Assembly (NCBI GenBank): GCA_965240325.2
Contig: OZ251227.1
Coordinates: 1,426,001 to 1,490,000 of the forward strand
Reading direction: 5' to 3'
Source: Rebecca billardiae RCC1528
Taxonomy: Eukaryota; Protista; Haptophyta
DNA: 64,000 nt
Shown in pieces: positions 1 to 11,700 of the stretch. The notes under the pieces are model-generated. The model did not search any database. It had not been told where the DNA came from and worked only from the letters and a program-made list of their open reading frames with translations. Position 1 is the stretch's first letter. Each line of letters opens with the position of its first letter. Made by a program: the position numbers and the translations under genes.

Positions 1-863
1 TGCACGTGCGCACGCTCGACGGGCGGCTGTACGGGCGGCTCGGGTACGGCGGCGGCATGCTCGGCTCGTGGACCGCGCCGCCGGTCGCGACCAGCGGCGC
101 GCTCGTCGCGCAGCTGGGCGCGCAGGGTGGCGGCGCCTCGAGTCCGCACGGCGGATCCCGGAGGGCGAGTCACCGGCGCGCGCGCGCCACGCAGCAGGCG
201 GCGCTCGTCGCGGACGAGGACGTGGCCGGGATGTCCGAGCACCTGCTCGCGCTGCGCCACCTCATCGGCAACGACATGGCCAACCCGCTCGCCGCGGCCG
301 ACCAGCACCTCGCCATCGCCGCGCTGGACGCCCGGCTCGAGCCGGCGCCGCCGCAGCAGAGCTACTTTCACACGCCGCCCGCGCGCGCGCCCGCGCTGCC
401 CAAGCCCAAGGCCAAGCCCAAGGCGAAGCGCAGCAAGGCGGACGGGCCGGGCGCCGAGCGCGGGCCCGCGCTCGCGACGAGCCCGCCCGGCCAGCTGCCG
501 CCCGTCGCGCGCGGCGGTCGCGCGGGCGCCGAGGCCGCGGACAAGCCGCCGACGCCCGTCTTTGGGCGCGAGCGGCGGCGTGCGCTCGGCCTCGCCGCGC
601 CGCACGCCGCGCCGACGTCGCGCGGCGCCGCCGGCTCGGCGGCCGCCGAGCCAGACGCCGGCTCGGGCACCGGCGCGTCGGCCACCGCGCTGCCGCCGCT
701 GCAGCCCAGCGTCAAGCTCGACCGCCGGGTCTCGCTCTCCAACCACAACCCGGCGACCAACCCTCGTCTCCGCAGGAACTGGACACAGGGGCAGGGCCAG
801 GGGGAGGGCGAGCTCGAGTCCCGCGTGCCAGGCGTGTCGGGCGCCATCAGCGAGGGACCCTGA
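1..863 (+). CDS. 3' part of hypothetical protein (low-complexity C-terminus), truncated at window edge
   Basis: Open frame with G/C-ending codons ending at TGA 861-863, followed by an ATG/GAC-rich AT-richer 3' tract; no recognisable domain. Confidence 0.6.
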   Translation, partial: HVRTLDGRLYGRLGYGGGMLGSWTAPPVATSGALVAQLGAQGGGASSPHGGSRRASHRRARATQQAALVADEDVAGMSEHLLALRHLIGNDMANPLAAADQHLAIAALDARLEPAPPQQSYFHTPPARAPALPKPKAKPKAKRSKADGPGAERGPALATSPPGQLPPVARGGRAGAEAADKPPTPVFGRERRRALGLAAPHAAPTSRGAAGSAAAEPDAGSGTGASATALPPLQPSVKLDRRVSLSNHNPATNPRLRRNWTQGQGQGEGELESRVPGVSGAISEGP

Positions 864-1045
864 CAATGATCATGACGATGAGTCTCATGATGACGACGAC
901 GATGGCAGCGCAGCAGACGACAGCAGAACGCGGCGCAGTTTGTAATCATAAATAACCGAACTGGCATATCGTCGCGTACGCAGTATCCGGAGGCTCCGGC
1001 GATTACTCTGATGATCGATCAATAATAATATATGATGAACGACGA

Positions 1046-2491
1046 TCAAATGTCCGTCGTCAAGTGGTGCGTAATGCGTTGCAGCTGTGCGCGAAGAGTC
1101 TCGAGCTCATCACACGCGCGCTGGTGTTCGGCACGCTCGAGCGCGCGCTCCGCGCGCTCAGCGCCCAGCTGCTGCACCACCGCTGCCTGTGCACGCGCGC
1201 TCGCCGCGAGCCACGCGGCCAGGCGGGGCAAGCCATGCGCATGCGCCTCCTGCATGCCCTGAGCGACCGCCAGATCAGCCGAGCCCTCCTCCAGCGCGCA
1301 CGCGGGCTCGAGCAGGGCGGCGGTCAGCGGCGGCTCACCCGCGGACGCGCTGCCACGCGTGCGCATGCGCTTGGCCGCGAGCGAGGTGGCAGGAGCCGCA
1401 TCTGCCACGCACTCGCCAGGTGCCGGCGCCGCGGCGGCGGGGTCCTCGCCGCGGGGGCGCACGCAGCCGCCGAGAAGCGCGGCCTGTGCGGCAGCCTCCT
1501 CCGGCCGAGGGAAGTTGAGCGGCCGTGCGTCCAGCAGCCGGCGCGCGCGCACCAGGTCGTCGTATGCGCGCGCAGCCTCCTCCTCCGACTGCAGGTTTGA
1601 TCCTGCGCGGTAAATGGCGCCCCTGCAACTGAATTGGACCTGCCAGCGCACCTTGCTCCCCGAGCTGTGGCTGGCCCGCGCGACGCCGTAGTACCGGCTG
1701 CTGGAGCCGCCGTGCTTGAACGGGACGGTGCGAGCGGCCCTGCTGCTGCAGCCGAGGGCGGCACTGACCTCCGTCGCCTGCTCCACCGCCGCCACCACCA
1801 CCTCCTCGCTCTCCCCCTCCTCCTCCTCCTCCTCCTCCTCCTCCTCCCCCTCCTCCTCCTCCTCCTCCTCCTCCTCCTCGTCACCGTCGTCGTCATCGCT
1901 GCTGCCTATGATGGCAGACTCGCCCTCGCCCTCGCGCGGGAAGTTGAGCAGCTTCACGCCCACCAGCCCGAGCTTGCGCACGAGGTCGTCGCGCGCGCGT
2001 GCGGCTTCCTCGCTCGTGTGGCACGCCGCGGTGTACACGTTGCGCACCCGCCCGGCCTCCTCCGTGCGCACGGGCACGAGCCCGCGCCAATTGCGCTCGG
2101 CGCGCGCGTCAAAGGTCACGCCGGCATACCGCGACCGTCGAGGCCCGCGGGGAGACGGCGCGCGGGAGCGGTTGGGCACGATGGGCTCGCCCGGTCGCGG
2201 GAAGTTCAGTGACCTCTCGCCCGCCAGCTCGAGCTGGCGCACGAGCGCATCGTACGTGCGCGCCGCCTCCTCCTCGGTCCTGTGATAGCAGCCCTCATCA
2301 GGGAAGTAGTACTTGCCCGCGTGCGAGAAGCCGACCCGCCAGGGCTTCGACTTACTCTTCCGGTCGATGCGCACACCATGGTACTTGCTCGCACGCACGC
2401 CGGGCTGAGCTGGAGGGAGCTCGTCGGCTGTGGCATCTGCGTCGACGTCAACACGCGCAGGACGATCAAAATGCGCCTGCGCAATCGGCAT
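1046..2491 (-). CDS. AP2/ERF-domain transcription factor with three AP2 domains
   Basis: Three copies of S(K/R)YxGV...W...EEAARxxD...LNFP (~2200-2390, ~1935-2140, ~1505-1700), a poly-E tract and a C-terminal coiled coil; start uncertain (ATG 2491 or further upstream). Confidence 0.85.
   Translation of the reverse strand: MPIAQAHFDRPARVDVDADATADELPPAQPGVRASKYHGVRIDRKSKSKPWRVGFSHAGKYYFPDEGCYHRTEEEAARTYDALVRQLELAGERSLNFPRPGEPIVPNRSRAPSPRGPRRSRYAGVTFDARAERNWRGLVPVRTEEAGRVRNVYTAACHTSEEAARARDDLVRKLGLVGVKLLNFPREGEGESAIIGSSDDDDGDEEEEEEEEEEGEEEEEEEEEEGESEEVVVAAVEQATEVSAALGCSSRAARTVPFKHGGSSSRYYGVARASHSSGSKVRWQVQFSCRGAIYRAGSNLQSEEEAARAYDDLVRARRLLDARPLNFPRPEEAAAQAALLGGCVRPRGEDPAAAAPAPGECVADAAPATSLAAKRMRTRGSASAGEPPLTAALLEPACALEEGSADLAVAQGMQEAHAHGLPRLAAWLAASARAQAAVVQQLGAERAERALERAEHQRACDELETLRAQLQRITHHLTTDI
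1800..1880 (-). repeat. (GAG)n trinucleotide tract encoding poly-Glu
   Basis: (CTC)n run on the + strand inside the AP2 CDS. Confidence 0.9.
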
Positions 2492-3073
2492 GGGCGTCGC
2501 GCTGCCCTGCCCTTTGCGGCATCGGGTCCACTTCTGCTTCTTATGAGGCGGGGTGATCAGCACATCGTCGCGCGGGCACTGAAACCACTCGATGGCGCGC
2601 GGAGGCCCGTCCCGCATGCTTCGCGGTCGGTCGCGTTGACGCGCGTTCGCGCCCTGGACGCGACCCGATGTCTCCACTCGCAGCAGTGAGCACCTCTCCC
2701 GGACCGGAAGGAACACCCTTGCCCGGACCCACAGCTCACGGCTGGCGTGGGTTCCGGTTGTGCTGGTGTCCCGTGTCACTGGGTCCGGTGCGCCGCCGCA
2801 CCAGCGCCGCACACCGATGCAAGCAAGCGCCTCTCCAGCGGCCCACAGTATCATGCCCCCCTCCCACTGCTGCCCTCTCACTTCTCAGTCGCGGATCCGT
2901 CAGGATGGCGGCTCAGCTATTGTCACATGTGTGCAGACTCATGAGTCATGAGTCAATCACGACTCACACGACTCACGAGTCACGTGCCACTTGGTGTGAG
3001 TTGGACGCCAGTCACGGACACGTGCTGAGTCGGTCCGTCGGTGACGTGATTGGCATGGACGGGAGCCCTGGTT

Positions 3074-3225
3074 CTACGTACTCCGTCAGCGTGATAATCT
3101 AACTGATTCTAAGCGGCATTCCGGGCAGCGCCTAGCAGCATTCCGGGCAGCGCCTGCTAGGCGCTGCCCGGAATGCCGCTTAGAATCAGTTGACAGTTAG
3201 ATTATCACGCTGACGGAGTACGTAG
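3074..3225. repeat. Long near-perfect inverted repeat (hairpin), ~65-bp arms
   Basis: CTACGTACTCCGTCAGCGTGATAATCTAACTG...GCGCCTAGCAG pairs with CTGCTAGGCGC...CAGTTAGATTATCACGCTGACGGAGTACGTAG; one 7-nt bulge, ~15-nt loop. Confidence 0.9.
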
Positions 3226-4112
3226 TACGGAACTTCAAGTGCCCGGTCGGCGGTATGAGAGCATTTCGAGCGAGCCGACGCCCTCAGCCACGTTATCGTG
3301 AAGATACTCGCCGGCATACTCCGAATAGCCGTACTGGCAGCACGTGCCACGATGGAAGCCAGGCCACGTTTGTGCGTGCGATGCCAACGGGCCAACGAGG
3401 CAAGCCTGGTAGCTGCGCGCGCGCATCACGCGCATATGGGCGCAGTAGCATGGGTCAAAGTTTCCCTGGCCAGGATCGGGAACGGGCTCAACTGCGCGCG
3501 CGCGCACCAATAGTCATGATTTTGAATCTGCAACGTGTGGAATAGGAAGAAGCGAGACTGTGACGGGCAGGCGAGCGCTTGGCCGGAGCCGTCACGTTGG
3601 GTGCAACGCGGCCGCTCTGGATGCAGATGGACCGTGTGCACGTGCTCGCTCCATGTGATGTGCTCGTTTGGTGGCTCGTGAGAGAGGGCGAGCTCGCGCA
3701 CGCCCATGAGCACACGCTCCCTCCCGGATTTGTGGGCGAGTAAGTTGTGAGGGTGCTCACTTTGCGGCAGCCATGCTGAGCCAAGCGAGGCAGCCGCGCC
3801 TTCATCGGCAGAGATTCACGCGCGGCCTTTCACGGTAATCAGAGTGCGAGAAAGCCCGAGATGGGCGATCTCCAGCAAGGGAGCTCCCTTGTCTCCAGGC
3901 TGGCAGCGGATCTTTTCGCGTCGGATCTTCGACGAATCGTCTGTCATGGCTTTCTTTTCAACAGATTGTGCCGGTTTGGAGGTTCACCAAGCACGTCGTC
4001 GTCGTCGATGATATACGAGGATACCGCCACTTTTCAACCCCTTTTCAAGGGATGAGTCATGAGTGCTGCGCTTGGTCCAGACGCATCGGGCTCGGTGCGC
4101 CAATCAGCCATC

Positions 4113-6213
4113 ATGCGGACGTCGAGACGATGCACACGCCGTGCGGTGGGCATCGCCGTCATCTGCGGCGCACTGCGCTCACGCACGCTGAACCTCAGCG
4201 CGCACCCGGATTACGCCGCCTGCGTCGAGAACCCGGCCACGTGCACCACCCTGTACGGACGCGCGAGCGCGGCGCAGACCGCGAGCGGGTGCTGCAGTGG
4301 GCGCGGCGCTCACCCCGCCTGGCCCGTGCCCGCGACGCTGCAGGGACGTGCGGATGGAAGGGCTGACCGGCTCTCTCCCTAGCAATCTGCTCTCGTTCAC
4401 GCGCCTCGCCCAACTGTGCGCGCCATGCCTCCTGCGGCGAAACGCCACCGCGTGCGCGCTCGCATCGCCGCGGGCACGCCCCTGACCGGCCACGCGCGCC
4501 ACTGCGCCCGCGCCCTGCCCGCAGGGATTTGGGGGCGAACGCGATCACTGGCTCGCTTCCGAGCGAGCTTGGCCTCCTGACGGCGTTGACTCTACTGTGC
4601 GCCGCGTCGCGTCCCACACGCGTGCGGCCGCGATGGCCGGCGCGCCCCTCGCGCGTGGCTCGCTCTTGATCAGCCGGTCTGCGCACCGATACCCGCCAGG
4701 CTTCTGGAGTCGAACAGCCTGACGTCGAGCGTGCCCTCCGAAGTGAGTACGCTCACGCAGCTGCGCCAGCTGCGCATGAACGACAACGACCTCGATGGGC
4801 CCCTGCCGACGGAGCTGGCAGGCATGGCCGCGTGCACGGCTCTGTGCGCCGCAGCGCGCAACGCGCGCCGCGCGCACACGCCGCCCGCGCCTGCCCGCGC
4901 GCGGGACGCGTGGGCTCACGGCGCGCGTCTGCCCCGACTGCGTCCCACGCTTGCTCTTGCCGCCGCCGCCGCGCAGGTACCTGCACGCGAACAGCCTGAC
5001 GCGCGCGCTGCCCACCGAGCTGGGCGCGCTGGGCGCGCTGCTGTACGTGCGCTTGTACGAGAACCTTCTCAGCGGCGCGCTACCCACCGAGCTGGGTGGG
5101 CTGGGCGCGCTGCGGGAGCTCGATCTGGAGGGGAACGGGGGCCTGAACGGGACGATCCCGACGACGCTCGGCCAGCTCGGTAGCCTGCAGTACCTGCTGC
5201 TGCACGGCAACGCGCTCAGCGGGATCTTCCCGACCGAGCTCGCGCGCGCGGCCTCCCTGCTCGGCCTGCTGCTCGACGACAACGCGCTCGGCGACGCGCT
5301 GCCCACGGAGCTCGGCCGGCTGGGCGCGCTGACGCAGCTCGGCGCGAGCTCGAACGCGCTGACCGGGCGCGTTCCCACCGAGCTCGGGCTGCTCACCGCG
5401 CTCAGCACGCTCAGCCTGGGCGACAACTCGCTGTCGGGTGCGCTGCCAAGCTCCCTGGGCGGCCTCGGCCAGTTGCGCGTGCTGTGGGCGCCGAGCAACG
5501 AGCTCACGAGCGTGCCCACGGAGGTGGGCGAGATGCTGCGGCTCTCGAGCCTGGACCTTGCGGGCAACCCGCTGAGCGGCACGCTGCCCGTCGCCGCGCT
5601 CGACAGCCTCGTCTCGCTGCAGGACCTGTTCCTGAGCTACACCGTGAGCTGCGACTTTGGCAGCGCGCCGTGCGGCGACAGGCCGCAGTGCGCGGGCGCG
5701 GGCAGCTACCCGACCTGCCCGTCGCCGCCGCCGAGCCCGCCGCTCGCGCCGCCGCCGCCGAGCAGCCCCCCGCGCCCGCCGCCGGAGTCGCCGCCCGCAC
5801 GTCCGCCGCCGCGCTCGCCGCCGCCGGGCAAGCCTCCGAACGCGCCGCCGCCGCCGCCGCCGCTCGACTCGCACGACCTCGACTTCTGGCAGCTCACCGC
5901 CGCGGTCGCGGGCGCGGTGGGCGGCTGCCTGCTGCTGGCGCTCTGCGCGGTGCTGCTGCTGCGCAGGCGCAAGGCGCAGCGCCAGGGTGTGCCCGGCGGC
6001 CTCCCCGCGGTGAGCGCGCCGTCGCTCGGCCGGCGCCACGGCACCGACCAGAGCGTGGTCTCGGACGTCACCTGGCACACGCTCGGCTCCAGGCGGGGGA
6101 CCGCTGAGGCGTTGGCGCACATGACGACGATGCTCGAATATCTGAGCGGCGGCGGCCGGCGGCGAAGTGAGCGCGATGCAGGGCGCACGGCCCCGCGCCG
6201 CGACGCCGTATGA
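4113..6213 (+). CDS. Leucine-rich-repeat receptor-like membrane protein (5 exons: 4113-4252, 4344-4415, 4525-4596, 4700-4843, 4977-6213)
   Basis: Plant-type 24-aa LRRs (LxxNxLSGxLPTELGxLxxL), N-terminal hydrophobic segment, Cys cap, Pro-rich stalk, TM helix (LTAAVAGAVGGCLLLALCAVLLL-RRRK), short tail; GT..AG introns keep the frame. Confidence 0.85.
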
Positions 6214-6803
6214 ACCAGTACAAATGCCCTCGCCTAGCTGAGCAGATCAGTAGCCTCAGACTGAGACCGTGAGTGGGCTCGGACCGCTCACACCGCACAC
6301 GGACACAGTGCCGGGCCCGCGCCGGCCCGCGCGCCGCTGCCAGAGTGCCAGAGTGCGCCGCCTCATGCCGAGTGCGGCGTGACGGTTGACTCCGGTTCCA
6401 AGCGGCTCTGACTGAGCAGGCCCAGCTGTCCAGGCCCAGCTGTCACGAAAGGTACCAAGCATCGACATTGATGCAAGTATGAGCCACTGAGTCACCAAAC
6501 GGCTTGCCGCGCTGAGGCACTACCCGCGCGGGCGCAGCCCGCGGCGGGGGCCAATCGATTCTTGCGGAATGGCGGGCCGCGGCGCCAGAACTAATCGTCG
6601 CTTTGAAACGCATGACCGCAAGGATGGGTGCCGTCGTCCAACCTCTCCGAACGGGCGTTGATTGCGACCGCACACCATTGACAAGAGCTTGGCAAGTGAT
6701 GGGCAGCAAGACGCAGCCGCCATCGTGGACTTACGTGGCTTGGCCGGTGCCCGGTGGGCAGCCGGCGCGGTACGTCATCGGGCCAGCCGCAGCCTCAGAC
6801 GTG

Positions 6804-7628
6804 ATGCACGCCGGGTCTGTACTCTTCCTCCTGCCGTCAATGGCCGGCTACCGCGCGGCGGCGTGCTCGGCGTTGCGTGCACCGCGCACGAGCACGCTGA
6901 CTCGCACCCGCGCGCTTGCCGTCGACGTTTCGGAGCGCGCCGTCGCGACGGGCGACGCCGAGCGTCGCCGCCGTTGGAAGCGGCCCCGGCAGCACGTCAA
7001 CCCACTCGCACAGCACCACCAGAACCCGCTCGAGCTCGCCGACGCGTGGGATGCGGAGTCCTTCGACGCAGCGCGCCCGCTCCACGTCGACATCGGCTGC
7101 GCCGCTGGGCACTTTTGCGTCGGGTACGCGGACCGGCGACCCGACATAAACGTGCTGGGCGTCGAGATCCGCCAGATCCTGGTCGATCGAGCCAACTCGT
7201 GGGCGGACGCGCGCGAGCACCACAACCTGCGCTTCCTCGCGGGGAACGCGAACGTCGACCTGCCCACCATCCTTCGCGCCTCGCGCTCGCCCCTCGCCTC
7301 GTGCTCCATCCAGTTCCCGGACCCGTGGTTCAAGAAGCGGCACCACAAGCGGCGCGTCGTGCAGCCCGCGCTCGTCGACTGCCTCGCGGAGCACCTGCCG
7401 CCGGGCGGCTTCGTCTTCGTGCAGTCGGACGTGCTCGAGCTGGCAGAGGCGATGACGGAGCAGCTCGACGCGTGCCCGCGCCTCGCCCGCGACGAGGGCG
7501 CCGCGGGCACGGGCTGGCTGCCGGACAACCCGCTGGGCGTGCCCACCGAGCGCGAAATTGCGACGGCGCGCAAGGGCGGCGACGTGTGGCGCGCGATGTA
7601 CACCAGGCGGCCGGACGACGGGCACTGA
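6804..7628 (+). CDS. trmB: tRNA (guanine-N7)-methyltransferase, probably plastid-targeted
   Basis: RQHVNPL, VDIGCAAGHF, GVEIR, FPDPWFKKRHHKRR, QSDV and PTERE motifs; N-terminal hydrophobic plus R/A/T-rich extension; start at ATG 6804 inferred. Confidence 0.92.
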   Translation: MHAGSVLFLLPSMAGYRAAACSALRAPRTSTLTRTRALAVDVSERAVATGDAERRRRWKRPRQHVNPLAQHHQNPLELADAWDAESFDAARPLHVDIGCAAGHFCVGYADRRPDINVLGVEIRQILVDRANSWADAREHHNLRFLAGNANVDLPTILRASRSPLASCSIQFPDPWFKKRHHKRRVVQPALVDCLAEHLPPGGFVFVQSDVLELAEAMTEQLDACPRLARDEGAAGTGWLPDNPLGVPTEREIATARKGGDVWRAMYTRRPDDGH

Positions 7629-8714
7629 GCCGCGTCGTCTGACCCACCACCAGCGTCATCACGCCGCCCGCGAGAGCAGCAGATCGGCTCACGCGCCAGC
7701 GAAGCGTGATGGCGGCTTATCCGATGGATCACGGATACTTGCACGCGGAATGGTCAGACTTGAACTGATCAAACTGGAGGCCCGCCCGCCGCGCGCCGGC
7801 GCGCCATCAATCGTTATTCGTCACGATTTATTACGCGATATCATATCGAAATATACGACCTAGCCCTAGGTAAGCACGTTAGAGAAATGTAAGTTCTGAT
7901 GCACTAGCCTAGCCAGTTGTAGATGAGATTAGCCTATCCGCGTGTCAGACTGTAGTACGTCAGTCAGTGTCACTACTCACTCTGACTCGGTGCCGCGCGG
8001 CCCGCGGCGGCCCAGGACCAGGTCGGCCCGCAGCACTCGCCCTCGGTGTCCGGTGCCGGCGGCTAGTCCGAGCCGCGCGAGGGCAGCATACTGGCTTACT
8101 GCTAGCGGATGATATATATAGTATTAGCAGACTGCTGCGCAGCCACGTGGTCGGAGCGCTATCACGTATCATCGCAGATGCCGAACAACCTGTAAACCTT
8201 GCCGTGCCCGACGTGCCCGGCCCGCCGTGGCCTGGCCCGGAACGCGAGATCTCATCGAGACAAGCATGGAGCAGCCAGCAGGCGTCTTCCGCCCGTCGAG
8301 TCGGCCGGATGGCGGATCGCGCGTGGGCACAATGGTACTGGGTACGGGGCCGCCCGGCGGTCCGGCGCGGGCGTGGTTACCGTCGTCGGCGGGTCGCCGG
8401 AGGTGTCGGCCGCACGGCCGTACGGACCCCAGAGCGCCTTTCGCGCGCCTCGCTTGAGGGCGGGGGACGTCCGCGCGCGAAACGCGCCTCACCAAAACAG
8501 GCTGTCTGCAGTGAGTGCACATCGCTTTAGTGGGCTTCATCTGGCACTGCGCGCGCGAGAGGGGTGCTGCAGGCGCGCGGAGGGCGACCCGGATGAGGCT
8601 GACGCGTTGGGAGGGGTGGTCACCCAACGCGAGCTCGTCCGGGGCGCACAGGTGAGCGCTGCGCACGCACCGGAGTGCTGCAGCGAACTTTTGCGCCGTC
8701 CCGGCTCCACCGGC

Positions 8715-11700
8715 ATGTCGTCTCGTCAGCAGCCGGCGGCCCTGGGCGAGTCGACTCTGGCAGAGCGATCGCAGATCGCGCAAGACGCCGAGATTGCGGC
8801 TAGGCTACACGAAGAGCTTAACGGCAAGGTGGGGACCGAGCACCACGCCCAGCTGGATTCAATGGCGGCGAACGCGGCAGAGACCGGCCGGTGCGCACCC
8901 GGAAGCATGACTTGTCATGGCGCGAGCGGTGAGGGCAGATTCGGTGCTTGGGCGGCCAGCGGGTGTGACGAGCCACCAGGTACATTCAAGTTCTATGCAA
9001 CCGACTTCCCGCCGCCCGGCTTAGCAGGCGCCGCGGGCGCCGCTCCCAATCATACCCATCCTACCCCTGACTGACCTCGTCGCACCTGCCCACTGTGGCC
9101 CACACATGCGCTCCTGCGCGCGCGCAGGCGCGGCCACGGGCGGCCCGGTCGGCGCGGCGGGTGGCGGGTCTGGCGCGGGTGGCACGCAAGGTGGCTCTCC
9201 CCTCGGCTCGGCCACGGGCGGCGCGGGCGTCGGCAGCTCGTTCAGCGCGCCGACCGGCGGCGTGCCGTCCCTCTTCGGCGGCGCCGGCGCCGCGGGAGCG
9301 AGCACTGCCTCGCCCATCGGCAGCACGTTCGGCGGCGGCGCGGGTGCAGGCGCGGGCGGCGTGGGCAGCCGCGCACCCACGCGCTCGTTCGGCATGCCGG
9401 CGAGCTCGACGCCGTCGCTCATCGGCGGCGCGGCGGGCGGCGGGTCTGGCGCGAGTGGCACGCAAGGTGGCTCTCCCTTCGGCTCGGCCACGCGCGGCGC
9501 GGGCGCGTTCGGCGGCGCGGCGGGCGGCGGGTCTGGCGCGAGTGGCACGCAAGGTTGCTCTCCCTTCGGCGCGGCCACGGGCGGCTCGGGCGCGGCGGGC
9601 GGCAGGTCTGGCGCGAGTGGCACGCAAGGTTGCTCTCCCTTCGGCGCGGCCACGGGCGGCGCGGGCGCGTTCGGCGGCGCGGCGGGCGGCGGGTCTGGCG
9701 CGAGTGGCACGCAAGGTGGCTCTCTCTTCGGCTCGGCCACGGGCGGCGCGGGCGCGTTCGGCGGCGCGGCGGGCGGCGGGTCTGGCGCGAGTGGCACGCA
9801 AGGTGGCTCTCTCTTCCCGCCGAAGCCGCCCGTGGCGAAGCCGAAGGTTCGGCTCCGCCACGGGCGGCTTCGGCGCCGGGTGGGCGGCGGGTCTGGCACG
9901 CAAGGTGGCTCTATCGTCGGCGCGTCAGCTGCAGGTGGCGCATGCAGCGTTGGCATTGCAGCCGCTGGTGCTGCCGGGATCGGCCGCTCCGGCGCACTCA
10001 ACTCGCAGGGCGCTGAGATCCCAGCTTCACCCGAGGCTATGGCGGCACAGCACCCACATGCCACCATGGGCACGGGTGTACCACCCTACCGGCCTACACT
10101 GCTCGAGTGCCCCTCGTTCGAGGCGCTGGCCGGTCAGTTGTTCATCTACCACTCGATCACGATGATGCCCGCGTACGCGCCCAAGTCGTTCGAGGAGCTG
10201 CGCGCGGAAGACTACGCGCTCGGCAAACGCTGCATTGCACCGGGCCCCCCTGCTCCCTGGCCCAGGCCCTGCAGCGTGCATGCGAGCACACAGACACCGC
10301 CGGCACTGTTCGGCGGCAGCGGTGGTTGGGCAGGCAGCTCGCCCAACCCCTCAGCTGAGCCCGACGCCCGGCGCGTCGGCAGGGCCGACGGCGGGGCAAA
10401 TTGCTCAGCCGCACCCGACGCGCACCGGCCAGGTGCCTCTCTCGTCAGCGCGGGTCCGGCGGCGAGCGGACTCAACACGTCCGCGGCACCGGGCAGTTCG
10501 GCTGCGGCGCGTCCCCCGGCGCGCAGCTTTCGACCGGGCACCGCAGCTGGCGGCGGAGCGAGCGCGGAGCGAGGGGGCGCGAGCGCGTCGGCCTGGGCCA
10601 ATGGTGACGGTTTGCTCCTCGGTGAGCAGCTCAGCCGCGCACGCGCGCTGCGGTCATCGGTTGCGCCGATGGGCCCACAATCGCACGTTGCGTTTCCTGA
10701 GAAGCTCTCGCGCATGATTGGCAGTGTGCGGCGCATGCATGCGCGCGGTGGCGAGCGTCAGTGGCCCTCGCTCGACCCACCTGCTGTCGTGCTGCGGCTG
10801 CGCGTGCTGCCTCCTGATGGCGATGGTGATCTCACGCCGCAGCCGAGAGTGCGCATCGAGTTCGAGCAGCTCGCCCTGCTCCGCGCGCGTGAGGCCGAGC
10901 TCGCTGCTCGCGTTCGCGATGAGTGCAGCTCACGCGCGGCATCGGAGGCGCCGCAGCATGCAGACCGGCCTGGCGAGCTGCGCGCGCTGATTGGCGACCG
11001 GCAGCGCGCTCGCCAGGAGCTGGCGCGCGCACTGGATGATCGCCTGGCGACGCTCATCGCCGCACAGATCGAGCAGCGACTCGACGAGGTCTGCGCGAAT
11101 CTGGTTGACGTCCGCCCAGCTCGCGACCTGCTACCTCCCGCCTCCTCGTCGGCACCAGAGCGTATGAGCGCGAGCGACATTCGCGAGGTGGTCGACACCT
11201 TTGACGCGTGGGCGAATGAGCTCGGCCGCGAGCTCGACGAGCTCAAGGTGCAGACTGAGGAGAGCGCGCGGAGAGCGTGGGAGGCGCTCGAAGCGCTCGC
11301 CCGCGCTCTGTGCGAGGAGAGCCGCCGCGTGGAGGTAAGCAGCGACAACACCCTTCTCCGCTTCAGTGCGGCTGGCCTAGTCGGTGCGGCCAGGCAGCGG
11401 TTCTGCACCCTCGCGTCAGCGGCGGCTGCCAATGTCGGCCGGGAGGTGGCGGCCTTGGAGACCGGCTACACAGATCGGATCCTCAGCGCGTGCGGTGGGG
11501 ATCCGCGGGGTCGACCCAGAGCGCAGCTCGGCATCCTGCTCTCAAGCCGCCTCGGCTCCGCAGCGCACCGGCTGTGCGCGCAGCTCGAGGCGGAGGAGGC
11601 GACATTGCGCGACGCGCGGCAGGAGTCGCGCAACCTGCGAGCCGAGCGCGCGGCGCTCCGGCCGCAGCTCGCTGACGCGGAGCAGAGCATGCGTGCGCTG

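Noticed and set aside
3235-3805. Small multi-exon minus-strand gene
   Set aside because: GCGCAG acceptor-like sites and Cys/Tyr peptides exist, but no consistent spliced model or homology was recognised
4977-6213. LRR receptor kinase
   Set aside because: The cytoplasmic tail is short and has no kinase motifs before the stop
9128-10230. Canonical NUP98
   Set aside because: No autopeptidase or Nup96 region follows; a kinase and RING domains follow instead
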